The notes beneath the pieces were generated by a model. The model was given only the letters and a program-made list of their open reading frames with translations, was not told the origin of the DNA and did not search any database. This document shows, piece after piece, positions 26,608 through 36,110 of a stretch of 64,000 nt of DNA; positions within the stretch are counted from its first letter, which is position 1, and each line of letters opens with the position of its first letter. The stretch is from a virus. Its lineage: Duplodnaviria; Heunggongvirae; Uroviricota; Caudoviricetes. The stretch lies in the IMG/VR virus record IMGVR_UViG_3300030294_000676; one strand, 5' to 3'. A program made the translations under genes and the position numbers.

Positions 26608-27580
26608 ATAAAAAATCTCTTTATTCACTTTAAGCAGAGTGGAATAATTATATTGACTTAGGTCATAACGAAGGCTTTTCTGCGAACACTAACCATATCA
26701 TAACTACATTTACCAAAACATTCAACCACTGCTATGGTTTATAACCTACGTACTCAACTTTCGTCCTTACCCCTTATTGGGTTGGGTGTCTCCCCCTGGT
26801 TACCGTTTTGCTTCAATTAAAGAGATTTTATTTGTTCAACTTAGAGTAGTCACGGCTACCTCTGATCTCTAAGTCTAATACTAACAGTGGCAAAATGTAG
26901 CTCGACCCTAGTTAGTTTTGTTAATTGGTATGGGCAATAACTTTATAAGTTAAGACTACAACCCCATCTTTGATGGTTTATTCTATCGTAGCTAATAATA
27001 AATAAACCTAGTTGTACTCCAAGCTGGACTTGAACCAGCGACCCTCGGTTTAGAAAACCGATGCTCTATCCACTGAGCTACTGGAGCATTTTAAAAATGA
27101 GTAACGGGAGGGACAATTACACGCATGTTATCCACGGGACTACACCTACATCTTTTCGTTAGGGATATCTGGACTTAATTCCTCATTCTAAGTCAGCATT
27201 GGGTTCCCCTCTTACCTGACTCACCGACCATTCTCGGATGTTACTCATTTAATTTTTAAAAATATTGATGTGCTATTACGCCAAAGGGATTTCAGTCCTT
27301 ACCAGTTACGGGGTGACCTCCAACTTACCTTACCACATTAAATTCCAACTTGAATTGGTTTATCAACGTAGTCTCGTCCCACTCTTTAGATGATTGCTGC
27401 TTCCAAGCCAACATTTCAATATTTTATATTTTAAAAAAGATATACTAATTGCGATTGTATATTATAGAAACATCATCGACGATAATAAATTACCATTCTA
27501 GATATAACATTCACCAATACTTTAAATACGGAGGAATTCCAGAGTCACTTCCCTCATATACAATTAGAGCCCTCTGGACC
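26608..27580 (-). ncRNA. ORF-free, GC-clustered structured region (about 970 nt) embedding tRNA-Arg. Candidate large structured ncRNA (GOLLD/ROOL-like) or intron-like element
   Basis: Stop codons in all six frames. Base composition unlike the flanking AT-rich coding sequence. Long-range complementary pairs, e.g. AAATGAGTAAC...GTTACTCATTT around 27090..27250, and many GC-rich hairpins. Confidence 0.4.
27015..27087 (-). tRNA. tRNA-Arg (anticodon TCT)
   Basis: Anticodon stem TCGGT/ACCGA, loop TTTCTAA, T-arm GCTGG-TTCAAGT-CCAGC. Confidence 0.8.
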
Positions 27581-27795
27581 TAGACTGTTTCTTCTTTTAA
27601 TTTTTTATTCCATTTTAAAAATCCTCTAATATTTAAAACTGTAAATGCTAAATACATTATAACTATTGAAATCATATTCCAGAATAATATTATTCCAAGA
27701 ATACTTCCAATTGCTCCAAGTATGAAGCCAATTATTCTCTTATTACTTATCAAATAATAAGCGTATAAGTTTAAAATCATTAAAATCCAATCCAT
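27580..27795 (-). CDS. small membrane protein (71 aa)
   Basis: ORF track. Two transmembrane helices. Confidence 0.5.
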   Translation of the reverse strand: MDWILMILNLYAYYLISNKRIIGFILGAIGSILGIILFWNMISIVIMYLAFTVLNIRGFLKWNKKLKEETV

Positions 27796-27998
27796 TATCT
27801 ATTTGTTTAAGTTTTAAAAAGGGTTGGGTATATAGTAGAACTTTAATCAACTTATACGTTTATGAATTACACATAATTGCTATCTACCACCCTTTATTTT
27901 AACATCCCTCTCTGCCGCAATCAAGTTTCGGCTGTCTTGTGCTTTGTTTGAACCATTATCAATTGCCGATTTATGGTCACAGAGTTGAGGATATTTAG

Positions 27999-28071
27999 TT
28001 GCGAAGGAGGGAATTGAACCCCCGACCTCAAGGTTATGAGCCTTGCGAGCTACCACTGCTACCACTTCGCG
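27999..28071 (-). tRNA. initiator tRNA-fMet (anticodon CAT)
   Basis: Near-identical in layout to E. coli tRNA-fMet: CGCGAAGTGGTAGCAGTGGTAGCTCGCAAGGCTCATAACCTTGAGGTCGGGGGTTCAATTCCCTCCTTCGCAA, with the C1:A72 mismatch and variable loop GGTC. Confidence 0.8.
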
Positions 28072-28081
28072 ATATATTTTG

Positions 28082-28154
28082 TATAGATGGTGAGACTCGA
28101 ACTCACGACCCCTTGCTCCCAAAGCAAGAACGCTACCAACTGCGCCACATCTAT
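28082..28154 (-). tRNA. tRNA-Pro (anticodon TGG)
   Basis: Perfect acceptor ATAGATG/CATCTAT, anticodon stem CTTGC/GCAAG, loop TTTGGGA, T-arm GTGAG-TTCGAGT-CTCAC. Confidence 0.8.
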
Positions 28155-28157
28155 ATT

Positions 28158-28376
28158 TTAATTATTGAATATTTCACAAATTAATTCTTCAGAAATCCAT
28201 TCTTCAATTACATCTTTACTATCATTTTCAGTAATAAAAAATATTTCATGATCTTCTATAGCATCTTTTAAATATCTTGAAACTTTATTAAGATCTGATA
28301 TGCTTGAAGACTTAAAAATAAGTCTTGGTGTTTCACGATTACTTATTCTAAGTAAATAATATTTTTTTTCTATCAT
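28158..28376 (-). CDS. hypothetical protein (72 aa)
   Basis: ORF track. Confidence 0.5.
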   Translation of the reverse strand: MIEKKYYLLRISNRETPRLIFKSSSISDLNKVSRYLKDAIEDHEIFFITENDSKDVIEEWISEELICEIFNN

Positions 28377-28397
28377 AATTAATTTATCAATATTTTG

Positions 28398-28469
28398 TAT
28401 TCGGACGGGGAATCGAACCCCGCTTGCTGGGATGAAAACCCAGATTACTAGCCGCTATAAGACCCGAAC
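28398..28469 (-). tRNA. tRNA-Glu (anticodon TTC)
   Basis: Anticodon stem CTGGG/CCCAG, loop TTTTCAT, T-arm CGGGG-TTCGATT-CCCCG. Confidence 0.7.
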
Positions 28470-28588
28470 ATATATTTTTTATTGGGACTACAAAAGTACA
28501 ACAATAAGAACAATAAAAACCCATAAATTATCAATTTATGATAAAATAATGATCTAACTGTTCTTATTGTTATATCTTTCAATAAATT

Positions 28589-28975
28589 TTACTTCACATC
28601 GATATCGTATATCTTATAAAGTAGTTGTGCATCTTGGTAAGTTAATGACATATAAATATCACCATTATTTAAAATAGTAATAGTCAGTTGTCCAACTTCT
28701 TTGTGGTGATTTATAAATTTTCCACTAAATATAGTACTTTCATTAAACTTTTTTATTTCTAATTGGTTATAACTAATATACTGAATATCAGTAGAATAAA
28801 TCGTAATCTTGTCTCTAACATTATCCCATACTAGAACAACATTAGATTTTTGCCATCCACCCCATTCTCCATTTAAAACTTTAGCATTAAATAATTCAGT
28901 TTTAAACCGTTTAATTTCTGCTGAAGCTGAACATAGTGATATCAATAAGGCAATAATTACCAAGATTCTTTTCAT
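28589..28975 (-). CDS. secreted protein with an N-terminal signal peptide (128 aa)
   Basis: MKRILVIIALLISLCSASA... Confidence 0.55.
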   Translation of the reverse strand: MKRILVIIALLISLCSASAEIKRFKTELFNAKVLNGEWGGWQKSNVVLVWDNVRDKITIYSTDIQYISYNQLEIKKFNESTIFSGKFINHHKEVGQLTITILNNGDIYMSLTYQDAQLLYKIYDIDVK

Positions 28976-29214
28976 TACTCAACTAATTTAGTAAGATTTT
29001 CGATAAATCGAGTGTTTTGAGCCTGAATAGATGAATGATCATCAATTTCTTTCAGAATAGCAGCGCGTTTGGCTTCTTTTTCATCAATACTTGCTTTTAA
29101 TTCAGCGTCGAGTTTTTGAGCATCAGATAATGCTTTTGTAAAAGTTCCCATAATTTTAGCACGTTTAGCACCAAAATCAACTGACTTGAACAAGTTTGTA
29201 ATAAATTTAAACAT
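28975..29214 (-). CDS. hypothetical coiled-coil protein (79 aa)
   Basis: ORF track. Confidence 0.5.
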   Translation of the reverse strand: MFKFITNLFKSVDFGAKRAKIMGTFTKALSDAQKLDAELKASIDEKEAKRAAILKEIDDHSSIQAQNTRFIENLTKLVE

Positions 29215-29239
29215 TTTGTTAAATTTTTAAAAGTTAATA

Positions 29240-29578
29240 CTATTGAACGAAGTCATACTTAACTCCGAAACCTTCATCATATCGATTGACATGAGATTTA
29301 AATCTTTGATCTTTCGACATAGATTTCCATTGAGCAGGTTTCTCCCAATGTGGACAGTCCGGTTTGTTCCATTCATTTACCACTTCTTCAGAAATTCGCA
29401 CTTTACGAACGCATTCCGAAGGATAGCGATCAGAGTGTTTGATTTTTCTGGAAATGAAATTTGGATGTTTTGCTCCAACTTCTGAGACGTCAACAGTGAC
29501 AATTTGATTGTCAACATGTTTTTGAAAACCCATAAGGTTTCCTTTAAGATTAACGGTTAATAATACACCTAAACCCAT
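29240..29578 (-). CDS. hypothetical protein (112 aa)
   Basis: ORF track. Confidence 0.55.
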   Translation of the reverse strand: MGLGVLLTVNLKGNLMGFQKHVDNQIVTVDVSEVGAKHPNFISRKIKHSDRYPSECVRKVRISEEVVNEWNKPDCPHWEKPAQWKSMSKDQRFKSHVNRYDEGFGVKYDFVQ

Positions 29579-29975
29579 TTTGTTTTCTCATGCCCTTGAG
29601 ATATTTTAATTAGTGGCCAAATTACAGTTCTTAATACTGTCAAGCACATGTGTTTTCATCTAGAGCTACTATTGTTCACTCAAACACACAAAAGATCATT
29701 TTTCAGAATCTAGAAATTCATATGGTTCAGTATGATTATTAAATACTTCAATAATTTCAGCAATAATAACTTGATCAGAACCGGTCGCAATTATTTTATA
29801 TTTGCGAAAGATTTTTAAAAGTTCTTCTTCCATATTTTATATATAAAGTCTTATTTCAAATTTACCAATCGCAAACTTATATCCAATACACTGTATATTC
29901 ATCATTTTTTCAAATCTGAACCATTTACCACCAATTAGATATTTTCTATTTACTATTCGAATTCGCATAAGATTA

Positions 29976-30218
29976 TTATGGTACAAATGGTTTAAACGTT
30001 ACGCTTACACATTTACCACTTTCCCAAACAGGAATCATTTCACTTAACTCTTCTTCTGAGTCTATGTAAACTACACGCATGTCGGTAATTTCCTCAGAAT
30101 CATTTATTTCAGTTAAAACATTCTCTGCATCATTTGTTACAGACATGTTTCCTAAATTTAAGTCGACAATATTAATGATACCATCGGCGTTTGTGTATAC
30201 GTAATCAGCTTTTACCAT
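29976..30218 (-). CDS. hypothetical protein (80 aa)
   Basis: ORF track. Confidence 0.5.
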   Translation of the reverse strand: MVKADYVYTNADGIINIVDLNLGNMSVTNDAENVLTEINDSEEITDMRVVYIDSEEELSEMIPVWESGKCVSVTFKPFVP

Positions 30219-30231
30219 TTTATTTTATTTG

Positions 30232-30639
30232 TTAATGAATTGTTTGTAATATACTCACACAATCAGCAGCTTCTTTTAAACCAAAACGTGATATTTCTTT
30301 AAGAATCTTTACAGCTGCAAGTTTAGAACCAGCATCAAATTCTGTTATTATTCTATCAAGTTCTTTATTATCAACACTATAACCAAAATCAGTATTGACT
30401 TTTGTGATTTCTTTTCTTAATGCAGAACGTTTTGTAATACGTAAAGATAATACAGCATCAAGACCTGCGTCAACTTCAGGTTCTGTGTTATTAGCATTAT
30501 TAGCTTCAGTTAAATCCAATGGAATTCCTGCAGCCATACCTTTAAGTAATGTGATTAATGCGGAATTAAATCCAACATCCTTATCATTCTTAGGATTCGT
30601 AATCAACGCTCCTATTATATATTTCTCAATATCAGTCAT
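30232..30639 (-). CDS. hypothetical protein (135 aa)
   Basis: ORF track. Confidence 0.55.
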   Translation of the reverse strand: MTDIEKYIIGALITNPKNDKDVGFNSALITLLKGMAAGIPLDLTEANNANNTEPEVDAGLDAVLSLRITKRSALRKEITKVNTDFGYSVDNKELDRIITEFDAGSKLAAVKILKEISRFGLKEAADCVSILQTIH

Positions 30640-30643
30640 TATT

Positions 30644-31144
30644 CTATTCTTTAGGGAATTCTAGTTCTTGTTGAACTTTTTTTGGTGGAACTTTATAGTT
30701 CATTGGCATCATTGTTATAATACCATTTCTTACATACATCTCAGCACAACGATTATCATCATCAAATGCCATAAGAATGTCATACTCTTCTTGAAGCTTC
30801 TTTAAAGTAGCTTCTTTCGATAAATATGATTTAGTATAGTCTATACCTTGTTTCATGAATAATTTATATTCATCATCATACAGAAGTCCTCCGTCTTCTA
30901 GTTTTTCAATTAACCATGCTTCGGTTTGAGGTCTTACTCGTTCAGGTCTCCCTGTAACAAGTAAAATCATATATCCTTGCATAGCTAGTGATTGCATTAG
31001 TTCACCAACACTTTTAATAAGCACGTCACCTGATAAATCACTCCAATCAAAAGGACTTCTGTTAGTATGATACAAAGTAGTAAGATCTAAATCAAAGATT
31101 ACTGCTTTTTCTTTTTCCATAAGTTTTTTAAACTTGGTTTCCAT
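30644..31144 (-). CDS. HAD-superfamily phosphatase (polynucleotide 3'-phosphatase-like)
   Basis: AVIFDLDLTT (motif I DxDxT) ... LLVTGRPE (motif II). Confidence 0.65.
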   Translation of the reverse strand: METKFKKLMEKEKAVIFDLDLTTLYHTNRSPFDWSDLSGDVLIKSVGELMQSLAMQGYMILLVTGRPERVRPQTEAWLIEKLEDGGLLYDDEYKLFMKQGIDYTKSYLSKEATLKKLQEEYDILMAFDDDNRCAEMYVRNGIITMMPMNYKVPPKKVQQELEFPKE

Positions 31145-31326
31145 TTAAATATTTTTGATATTGTAATAATGTAATAAATACTAAAAATTACAACAATCCA
31201 ACTCATGAAAGCCCAGGCAACTTCACATTTTTCATAATCATGATCACACAAATCATTAACAAATGATAACATGAATATTGATAATATTACTCCGATAAAA
31301 TACCAGATTAAAAATGTTATAAACAT
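31099..31326 (-). CDS. small membrane protein (75 aa)
   Basis: Two hydrophobic helices. Confidence 0.45.
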   Translation of the reverse strand: MFITFLIWYFIGVILSIFMLSFVNDLCDHDYEKCEVAWAFMSWIVVIFSIYYIITISKIFKWKPSLKNLWKKKKQ

Positions 31327-31375
31327 AATGTTAGTATAAAAATTACACTGGGAAATTAATCCCAGTGTAATTTAG

Positions 31376-32806
31376 TTATTTACTTGTTTTTAAATCGGCT
31401 TCAAGATAACTCTTAGCAATAGTGCGAATTTCTGTCCAATGTTGATCTCTCATTAATTTACCATTACGATAAACTATTTCAAGTTCATCAGCATATCCAT
31501 TATTAATACCATATTGTTCTTTAGAACTTTCGATAGTAATGAATTCTGATCCGGCTTTATGAAGTTTCAAAATACCAGCTTTTGAAGCTTTAGTCATATC
31601 TCCTTTAGGAGATTTACGAATATCTTTTGATTCTCCATCAATTACAGCGAAACAGCATTTTACTGCCCAACGATCTGTATCTCTGGTCAATCCTTCAACA
31701 AGCAAACCACCACCTGAACCAACCGCAAAGTTTTCACAAGACCAACCAGTTTTAATGTATTCTGAATAAATATCAACGATTGAATTTTCATTCATACCAT
31801 CTCCTTGAATTAAGCCTACATTATGATTAATTACTCTGTAATCTACTTCATTTAAGTGATATCCAAAAATATTACCAAGCATTTCAGAATACTTAATCAT
31901 ATTTGTTAACGGAACACCAGAATCCGGACGTAAAATAGTTCTACCTGGACGTGCGATAATACGTTGTTTGATTGCTTCTGAACCAATAACATTTTTAATG
32001 AAATTAGTATCATCATAAGAATCAATAACAATTGATACCATAGCATCGTCACCAGCGCGATCAAATTGAGCATTGACATAATCAAATTCTCCCTGACCAG
32101 GACCAAATACAGTTGCTACTGAGTGTTCAGTTGCCCATACAGATTTTCCTACGGTTGCATCTCCGTAATAGTCTTCAATAAATTCCATTGCTGGAACATT
32201 ATCAGAACCATCAGAAAAGATTAAAGCAGCAGAACCACCTAAACAAGCAGCTTCATGACCTTGAGCACCTCTTAATCCAAAATCATTAACTACATAATCC
32301 AACATAGCGTTGTTAGTAGAGATTTTGAATGATGGAGTAATACCTTTATGAATATTATACATACGAGTAGCAACGGCAACTGGATACCAATTCCACATTA
32401 ACCAAGGTTCGAAGTGACTAACCATTGGTGCAAACCACTCTTCAGTAGCTTCAATTGTATAACAAACATTACCAGTTGGAACAACAGTTCCTTCTTTTAC
32501 AGCTTTGATTTCTAAAGGATAATATCCTAAATCGCGAACTTTTTCCCAAATTTCTTGAGGGAAATAACCAGGGTTACCAAAAGTATTTAAACTTCTACGA
32601 GCACCACGTTCAATATCTTCATTAGTGACAACAGTCATAAAATATTCTTTTATGAAATATTGTATACCATAGAAAACAATATGAGAGTGTTGACCTCCTA
32701 CACGAGGTTCTCCATAAGACATAAGTCTTGTCAATCCCGAAGGACGTTGCGTCCAATGCACAAATTTATATGCATCAGTTGCGGTTGTTGGATGAAATTT
32801 TGGCAT
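31376..32806 (-). CDS. nadV: nicotinamide phosphoribosyltransferase (NadV-type)
   Basis: 476 aa. N-terminal ATDAYKFVHW matches the NAMPT signature (ATDSYK.TH). Size and layout match phage KVP40 NadV. Confidence 0.8.
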   Translation of the reverse strand: MPKFHPTTATDAYKFVHWTQRPSGLTRLMSYGEPRVGGQHSHIVFYGIQYFIKEYFMTVVTNEDIERGARRSLNTFGNPGYFPQEIWEKVRDLGYYPLEIKAVKEGTVVPTGNVCYTIEATEEWFAPMVSHFEPWLMWNWYPVAVATRMYNIHKGITPSFKISTNNAMLDYVVNDFGLRGAQGHEAACLGGSAALIFSDGSDNVPAMEFIEDYYGDATVGKSVWATEHSVATVFGPGQGEFDYVNAQFDRAGDDAMVSIVIDSYDDTNFIKNVIGSEAIKQRIIARPGRTILRPDSGVPLTNMIKYSEMLGNIFGYHLNEVDYRVINHNVGLIQGDGMNENSIVDIYSEYIKTGWSCENFAVGSGGGLLVEGLTRDTDRWAVKCCFAVIDGESKDIRKSPKGDMTKASKAGILKLHKAGSEFITIESSKEQYGINNGYADELEIVYRNGKLMRDQHWTEIRTIAKSYLEADLKTSK

Positions 32807-33253
32807 TTATTTAAATTTATTTTTAAATTCTTCAATACTATTGTATAAAGGAATATTATATTTAGAACATACAATTTCTATATTACCTTTTCTCCAAAAT
32901 CCTTCAGGACAAATTACATGTAACTTTTTAGAAGTTGCATATAAACCTAATTCTAATAAACTAATTGGAGACATAGTTTTAGGATCAAAATACATAATAA
33001 TTATATCAGAAAAATCTAATGCGTGTAATTCCCAAGAAACTTGTTGAAAAAATTCAGGATTATCAAAAGATTGAACCCAAGAACTATCCCAATTATCTCT
33101 ACGAGGATTAAATATATTAAAATCTTTTTCAAAATATTTTGTCATAGTATCTTGCCAATTTTCAGCTTGACCCATTTCAATACTACCTGCTAAAAACATA
33201 GAAGGTTTATGTATATCTCGTTGATTTATATTATTTGGAGCTTTAATTACCAT
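32807..33253 (-). CDS. nucleoside 2-deoxyribosyltransferase-like (PF05014 fold) protein
   Basis: SMFLAGSIEMG (like the NDT N-terminal IYLAGP.F) and DPKTMSPISLLELGLYATSKKLHVICPEG (like D.GTAFEIGYA...GKPV, Glu conserved). Confidence 0.55.
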   Translation of the reverse strand: MVIKAPNNINQRDIHKPSMFLAGSIEMGQAENWQDTMTKYFEKDFNIFNPRRDNWDSSWVQSFDNPEFFQQVSWELHALDFSDIIIMYFDPKTMSPISLLELGLYATSKKLHVICPEGFWRKGNIEIVCSKYNIPLYNSIEEFKNKFK

Positions 33254-33381
33254 TGTTTAAATATGATCGTTAATGTTTTTAATGAATGTACCTAATACAA
33301 TTATTACAACGATACAAATACCTGTAAAAATTATACCTTCTTGTAAATTCATTGTAGTAATTGCGTTAAAGTACGTTTCCA

Positions 33382-33720
33382 TTATAGTTTTATTAATTTA
33401 ATAAATTTTGAAGTGTCTTGTTTAATAACATCGTGTTGAAATCTTTCATAAAATTTAATATCAACTGCTTCAAATTCATGAACAAACCATCCAAATTTTT
33501 GAAGTTTAATAATATCTGCTTTAGGAAACCATTGATATAAACCCTCTAATGATTCAGTAACTGATAACCAGCCTACTAATTTAGGATCAAAATCCATTTC
33601 AAGTTTTGAATTTAAACAAAAATTAAAATCATTATGAATTAATCCTGTAAAAATACCTTTATAATCATACCATAAACCTTGATGGGTATTTATGTTACAT
33701 ACTCTGTAGTATTTTTTCAT
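33382..33720 (-). CDS. hypothetical protein (112 aa)
   Basis: ORF track. Confidence 0.55.
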   Translation of the reverse strand: MKKYYRVCNINTHQGLWYDYKGIFTGLIHNDFNFCLNSKLEMDFDPKLVGWLSVTESLEGLYQWFPKADIIKLQKFGWFVHEFEAVDIKFYERFQHDVIKQDTSKFIKLIKL

Positions 33721-34616
33721 TTTTCAGTATTTTTTAATAAGTCAACTAATAACTTTTTATGTTCTCCAACCAAGATTTTGTCTAGCTCAGGACCGTATGG
33801 GAACCATTTTAAGGCAGCAATATCATCTTGAGGTTGTGGACTACCAAAAGTATATTTACATTTGTATAAATGCGTCATAATTTTAGCATCATGTGAATTC
33901 TTATATCGCCAATCTTCTACACGTTTTGAACAAACGAATTCAAAGTCAGCAAGTTCAAGACCTGTTTCTTCTCTACCTTCACGACGAGCAGCAGCTTCAT
34001 CGGATTCATCAGTAACATCAACAAATCCTCCAACAAAACACCATTCTTTTTCATCAGGTTTTTGACCTAATAGAATTTCACCTTTTTCATTAAAGATTGC
34101 AACATCAACTGTTGAAAATGATCGGGGATATTGTGAAAAAACCGAATAAATTATACCAGCTCTGAAATCAGATGATGCTAATATACGTCCGGCAACTTTC
34201 TTTCTAATATCTGTTGCAGATATATAGACTTCTGGTTCAAGTTCAGTTGTTTTCCAATTTCCAGTATAATATGGAATAAACGAATCTTTACCTCCATAAA
34301 GAGTAACTGTTCCAGATGGAAAAATATCTCTTACTTTAGTACGAATTTGAGTAGACCATACTTCATTGGATTTACAATCAGCAAGTGGTACAATTGAAGA
34401 TATTCTATTTCTAAAATGTGCTTCGATCATAGCTTTACGGGTAATAAAATCCAATGGATTTCTTTGAGTACCCATTGCAGATGTAGTTCCTAAGAATAAA
34501 ATTACCTTTTCGTGGTTTGCAAGAACATGTTCAATTAACTTGATATGTTCAGTATGCAATTCGTGTAGCTGAAATCTCCCGATAACAACTCCAATTTCTG
34601 TTTGAGTTTCGTTCAT
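33717..34616 (-). CDS. natV: bifunctional NMN adenylyltransferase / Nudix hydrolase (NatV/NadM-Nudix type)
   Basis: GVVIGRFQLHELHTEH (nucleotidyltransferase HxGH-type motif) and the Nudix box GGFVDVTDESDEAAARREGREETGLE. Confidence 0.8.
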   Translation of the reverse strand: MNETQTEIGVVIGRFQLHELHTEHIKLIEHVLANHEKVILFLGTTSAMGTQRNPLDFITRKAMIEAHFRNRISSIVPLADCKSNEVWSTQIRTKVRDIFPSGTVTLYGGKDSFIPYYTGNWKTTELEPEVYISATDIRKKVAGRILASSDFRAGIIYSVFSQYPRSFSTVDVAIFNEKGEILLGQKPDEKEWCFVGGFVDVTDESDEAAARREGREETGLELADFEFVCSKRVEDWRYKNSHDAKIMTHLYKCKYTFGSPQPQDDIAALKWFPYGPELDKILVGEHKKLLVDLLKNTEK

Positions 34617-34984
34617 TATGGATTTAAAAATTGTTTTAGCAATTCATCATTTAATATTGTGTCTGAATTATTTGCATAAAATTCCGCAAAATCAAACATT
34701 TGTTGTTTAGTAAATTTAGGAATATTAATAAAATATAATTCTTTAAATTGTTCAAAAGTAATTTCTTCTCCTCTAAGTTGATCAAATATACCTTGTACAA
34801 TATCTGATCCAGATCTCGCCTCAAGATTATTTACTACAATAGAAATATCATTACTATCTGAATGTTCTTTAATGTTAGTTGTGTGTGATCCTACCCATGA
34901 ACAATTATTTTTAAATATTATTTCTTGAACAAATTTAAATTGATCCCTAGTAAGATGATGTATTTTAAAATTTTCGATTATCAT
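34616..34984 (-). CDS. paralog family B member 1 (122 aa)
   Basis: MIIENFKIHHL...VQEIIF ... C-terminal ...LNDELLKQFLNP. One of five tandem paralogs. Confidence 0.6.
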   Translation of the reverse strand: MIIENFKIHHLTRDQFKFVQEIIFKNNCSWVGSHTTNIKEHSDSNDISIVVNNLEARSGSDIVQGIFDQLRGEEITFEQFKELYFINIPKFTKQQMFDFAEFYANNSDTILNDELLKQFLNP

Positions 34985-35352
34985 AATTTTAAGAAGTCAG
35001 TTAATACATCATCTGGAGATGATGCGCCAACTATATTGTTAGTGTAATATTCAGCAAATGCAAGGATTTTCTCTCTAGATATACGTAAAGTATTAGCATA
35101 TTTTTCTTTAAATTGATCATATGTTAATTCTTCTCCTTCAAGACCATCAAATGTACTTTGGGTAACTACTACACCGGATCTTAACATACCTTTAGATGTC
35201 ATACATAAAGTAATAGTATTACTAGGACTAAACATTCTTAAATCTTTATCTAAGCTGCTTCCCCATCCACCACCATCGCGAAATACCATATTTTGAACAA
35301 TTTTAGATTGTTCATTATCAAGATGATATATTTTAAAAGGTTTTATTTCCAT
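34981..35352 (-). CDS. paralog family B member 2 (123 aa)
   Basis: MEIKPFKIYHL...VQNMVF. Confidence 0.6.
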   Translation of the reverse strand: MEIKPFKIYHLDNEQSKIVQNMVFRDGGGWGSSLDKDLRMFSPSNTITLCMTSKGMLRSGVVVTQSTFDGLEGEELTYDQFKEKYANTLRISREKILAFAEYYTNNIVGASSPDDVLTDFLKL

Positions 35353-35725
35353 TTTTTGGTTTTATAAAGTTATCAAATAATTGTTCTATTGTTAATTCAT
35401 CATTTAAATGATCCATACAATATTTAGCAAAATCAATACAAGTTTGTCTACTTGTTTCACCTTTACCAAAATATCTAATTTTAAATTCTTCTAATGTTAT
35501 TTCAGGATTATCATGATTATGAAAATATCCTCCAATAGTTGCATCACCAGTTATAGTATTATTTAAATAATGATATAACCCTTTCCACGAACTACCTTGG
35601 CTATCAACAAGATTAACTTCTGATTTACCATTTCTCCATTTTGAACCATTTTGAAATAATAGTTTTTGAACAAATATGGACTCTTCTGGATTATTTACTC
35701 TTATTTTAAAATTCTCATTTATCAT
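35333..35725 (-). CDS. paralog family B member 3 (130 aa)
   Basis: MINENFKIRV...VQKLLF ... MDHLNDELTIEQLFD. Confidence 0.6.
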   Translation of the reverse strand: MINENFKIRVNNPEESIFVQKLLFQNGSKWRNGKSEVNLVDSQGSSWKGLYHYLNNTITGDATIGGYFHNHDNPEITLEEFKIRYFGKGETSRQTCIDFAKYCMDHLNDELTIEQLFDNFIKPKNGNKTF

Positions 35726-36110
35726 TTTTCAGATTTAATATATATTCATCATATAATTCTTCAAATGTTTTTTCATCATTTAAATGGTTCATACAATATT
35801 GTACAAACAAAACATATTTATTTTTTTCTGAATGAATAGAGTCAGTTACATATTTACTACAAAAATCTGCAAATGATATTTCATTTTTATCATGTCTATT
35901 AAACGATGATGTAGAAGTTATATCAGTAAATCCTCCAATTTTTTTAGTTACAGAATTATATTCAAGTCCATTCCAATTTATATTTGGATTAGGTCCAAAT
36001 AAAACTGTTTCTTGACCTTCTCTCCATTTAGCTCCATTAGAAAACAAAGTTTCTTGAACTATTTTATGTTCTCTTTCATCTGCAATTTTAATTTTAAAAC
36101 TTTCAATCAT
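35715..36110 (-). CDS. paralog family B member 4 (about 131 aa; start set to the internal Met matching the paralog N-termini)
   Basis: MIESFKIKIADEREHKIVQETLF ... MNHLNDEKTFEELYDEY. The ORF-track start at 36176 would overlap member 5. Confidence 0.55.
   Translation of the reverse strand: MIESFKIKIADEREHKIVQETLFSNGAKWREGQETVLFGPNPNINWNGLEYNSVTKKIGGFTDITSTSSFNRHDKNEISFADFCSKYVTDSIHSEKNKYVLFVQYCMNHLNDEKTFEELYDEYILNLKNDK

Noticed and set aside
26608-27580. Protein-coding gene with recoded stops in the ORF-free region
   Set aside because: All six frames contain frequent TAA, TAG and TGA codons. The composition is GC-clustered and unlike the coding DNA here. A structured RNA is the better explanation.
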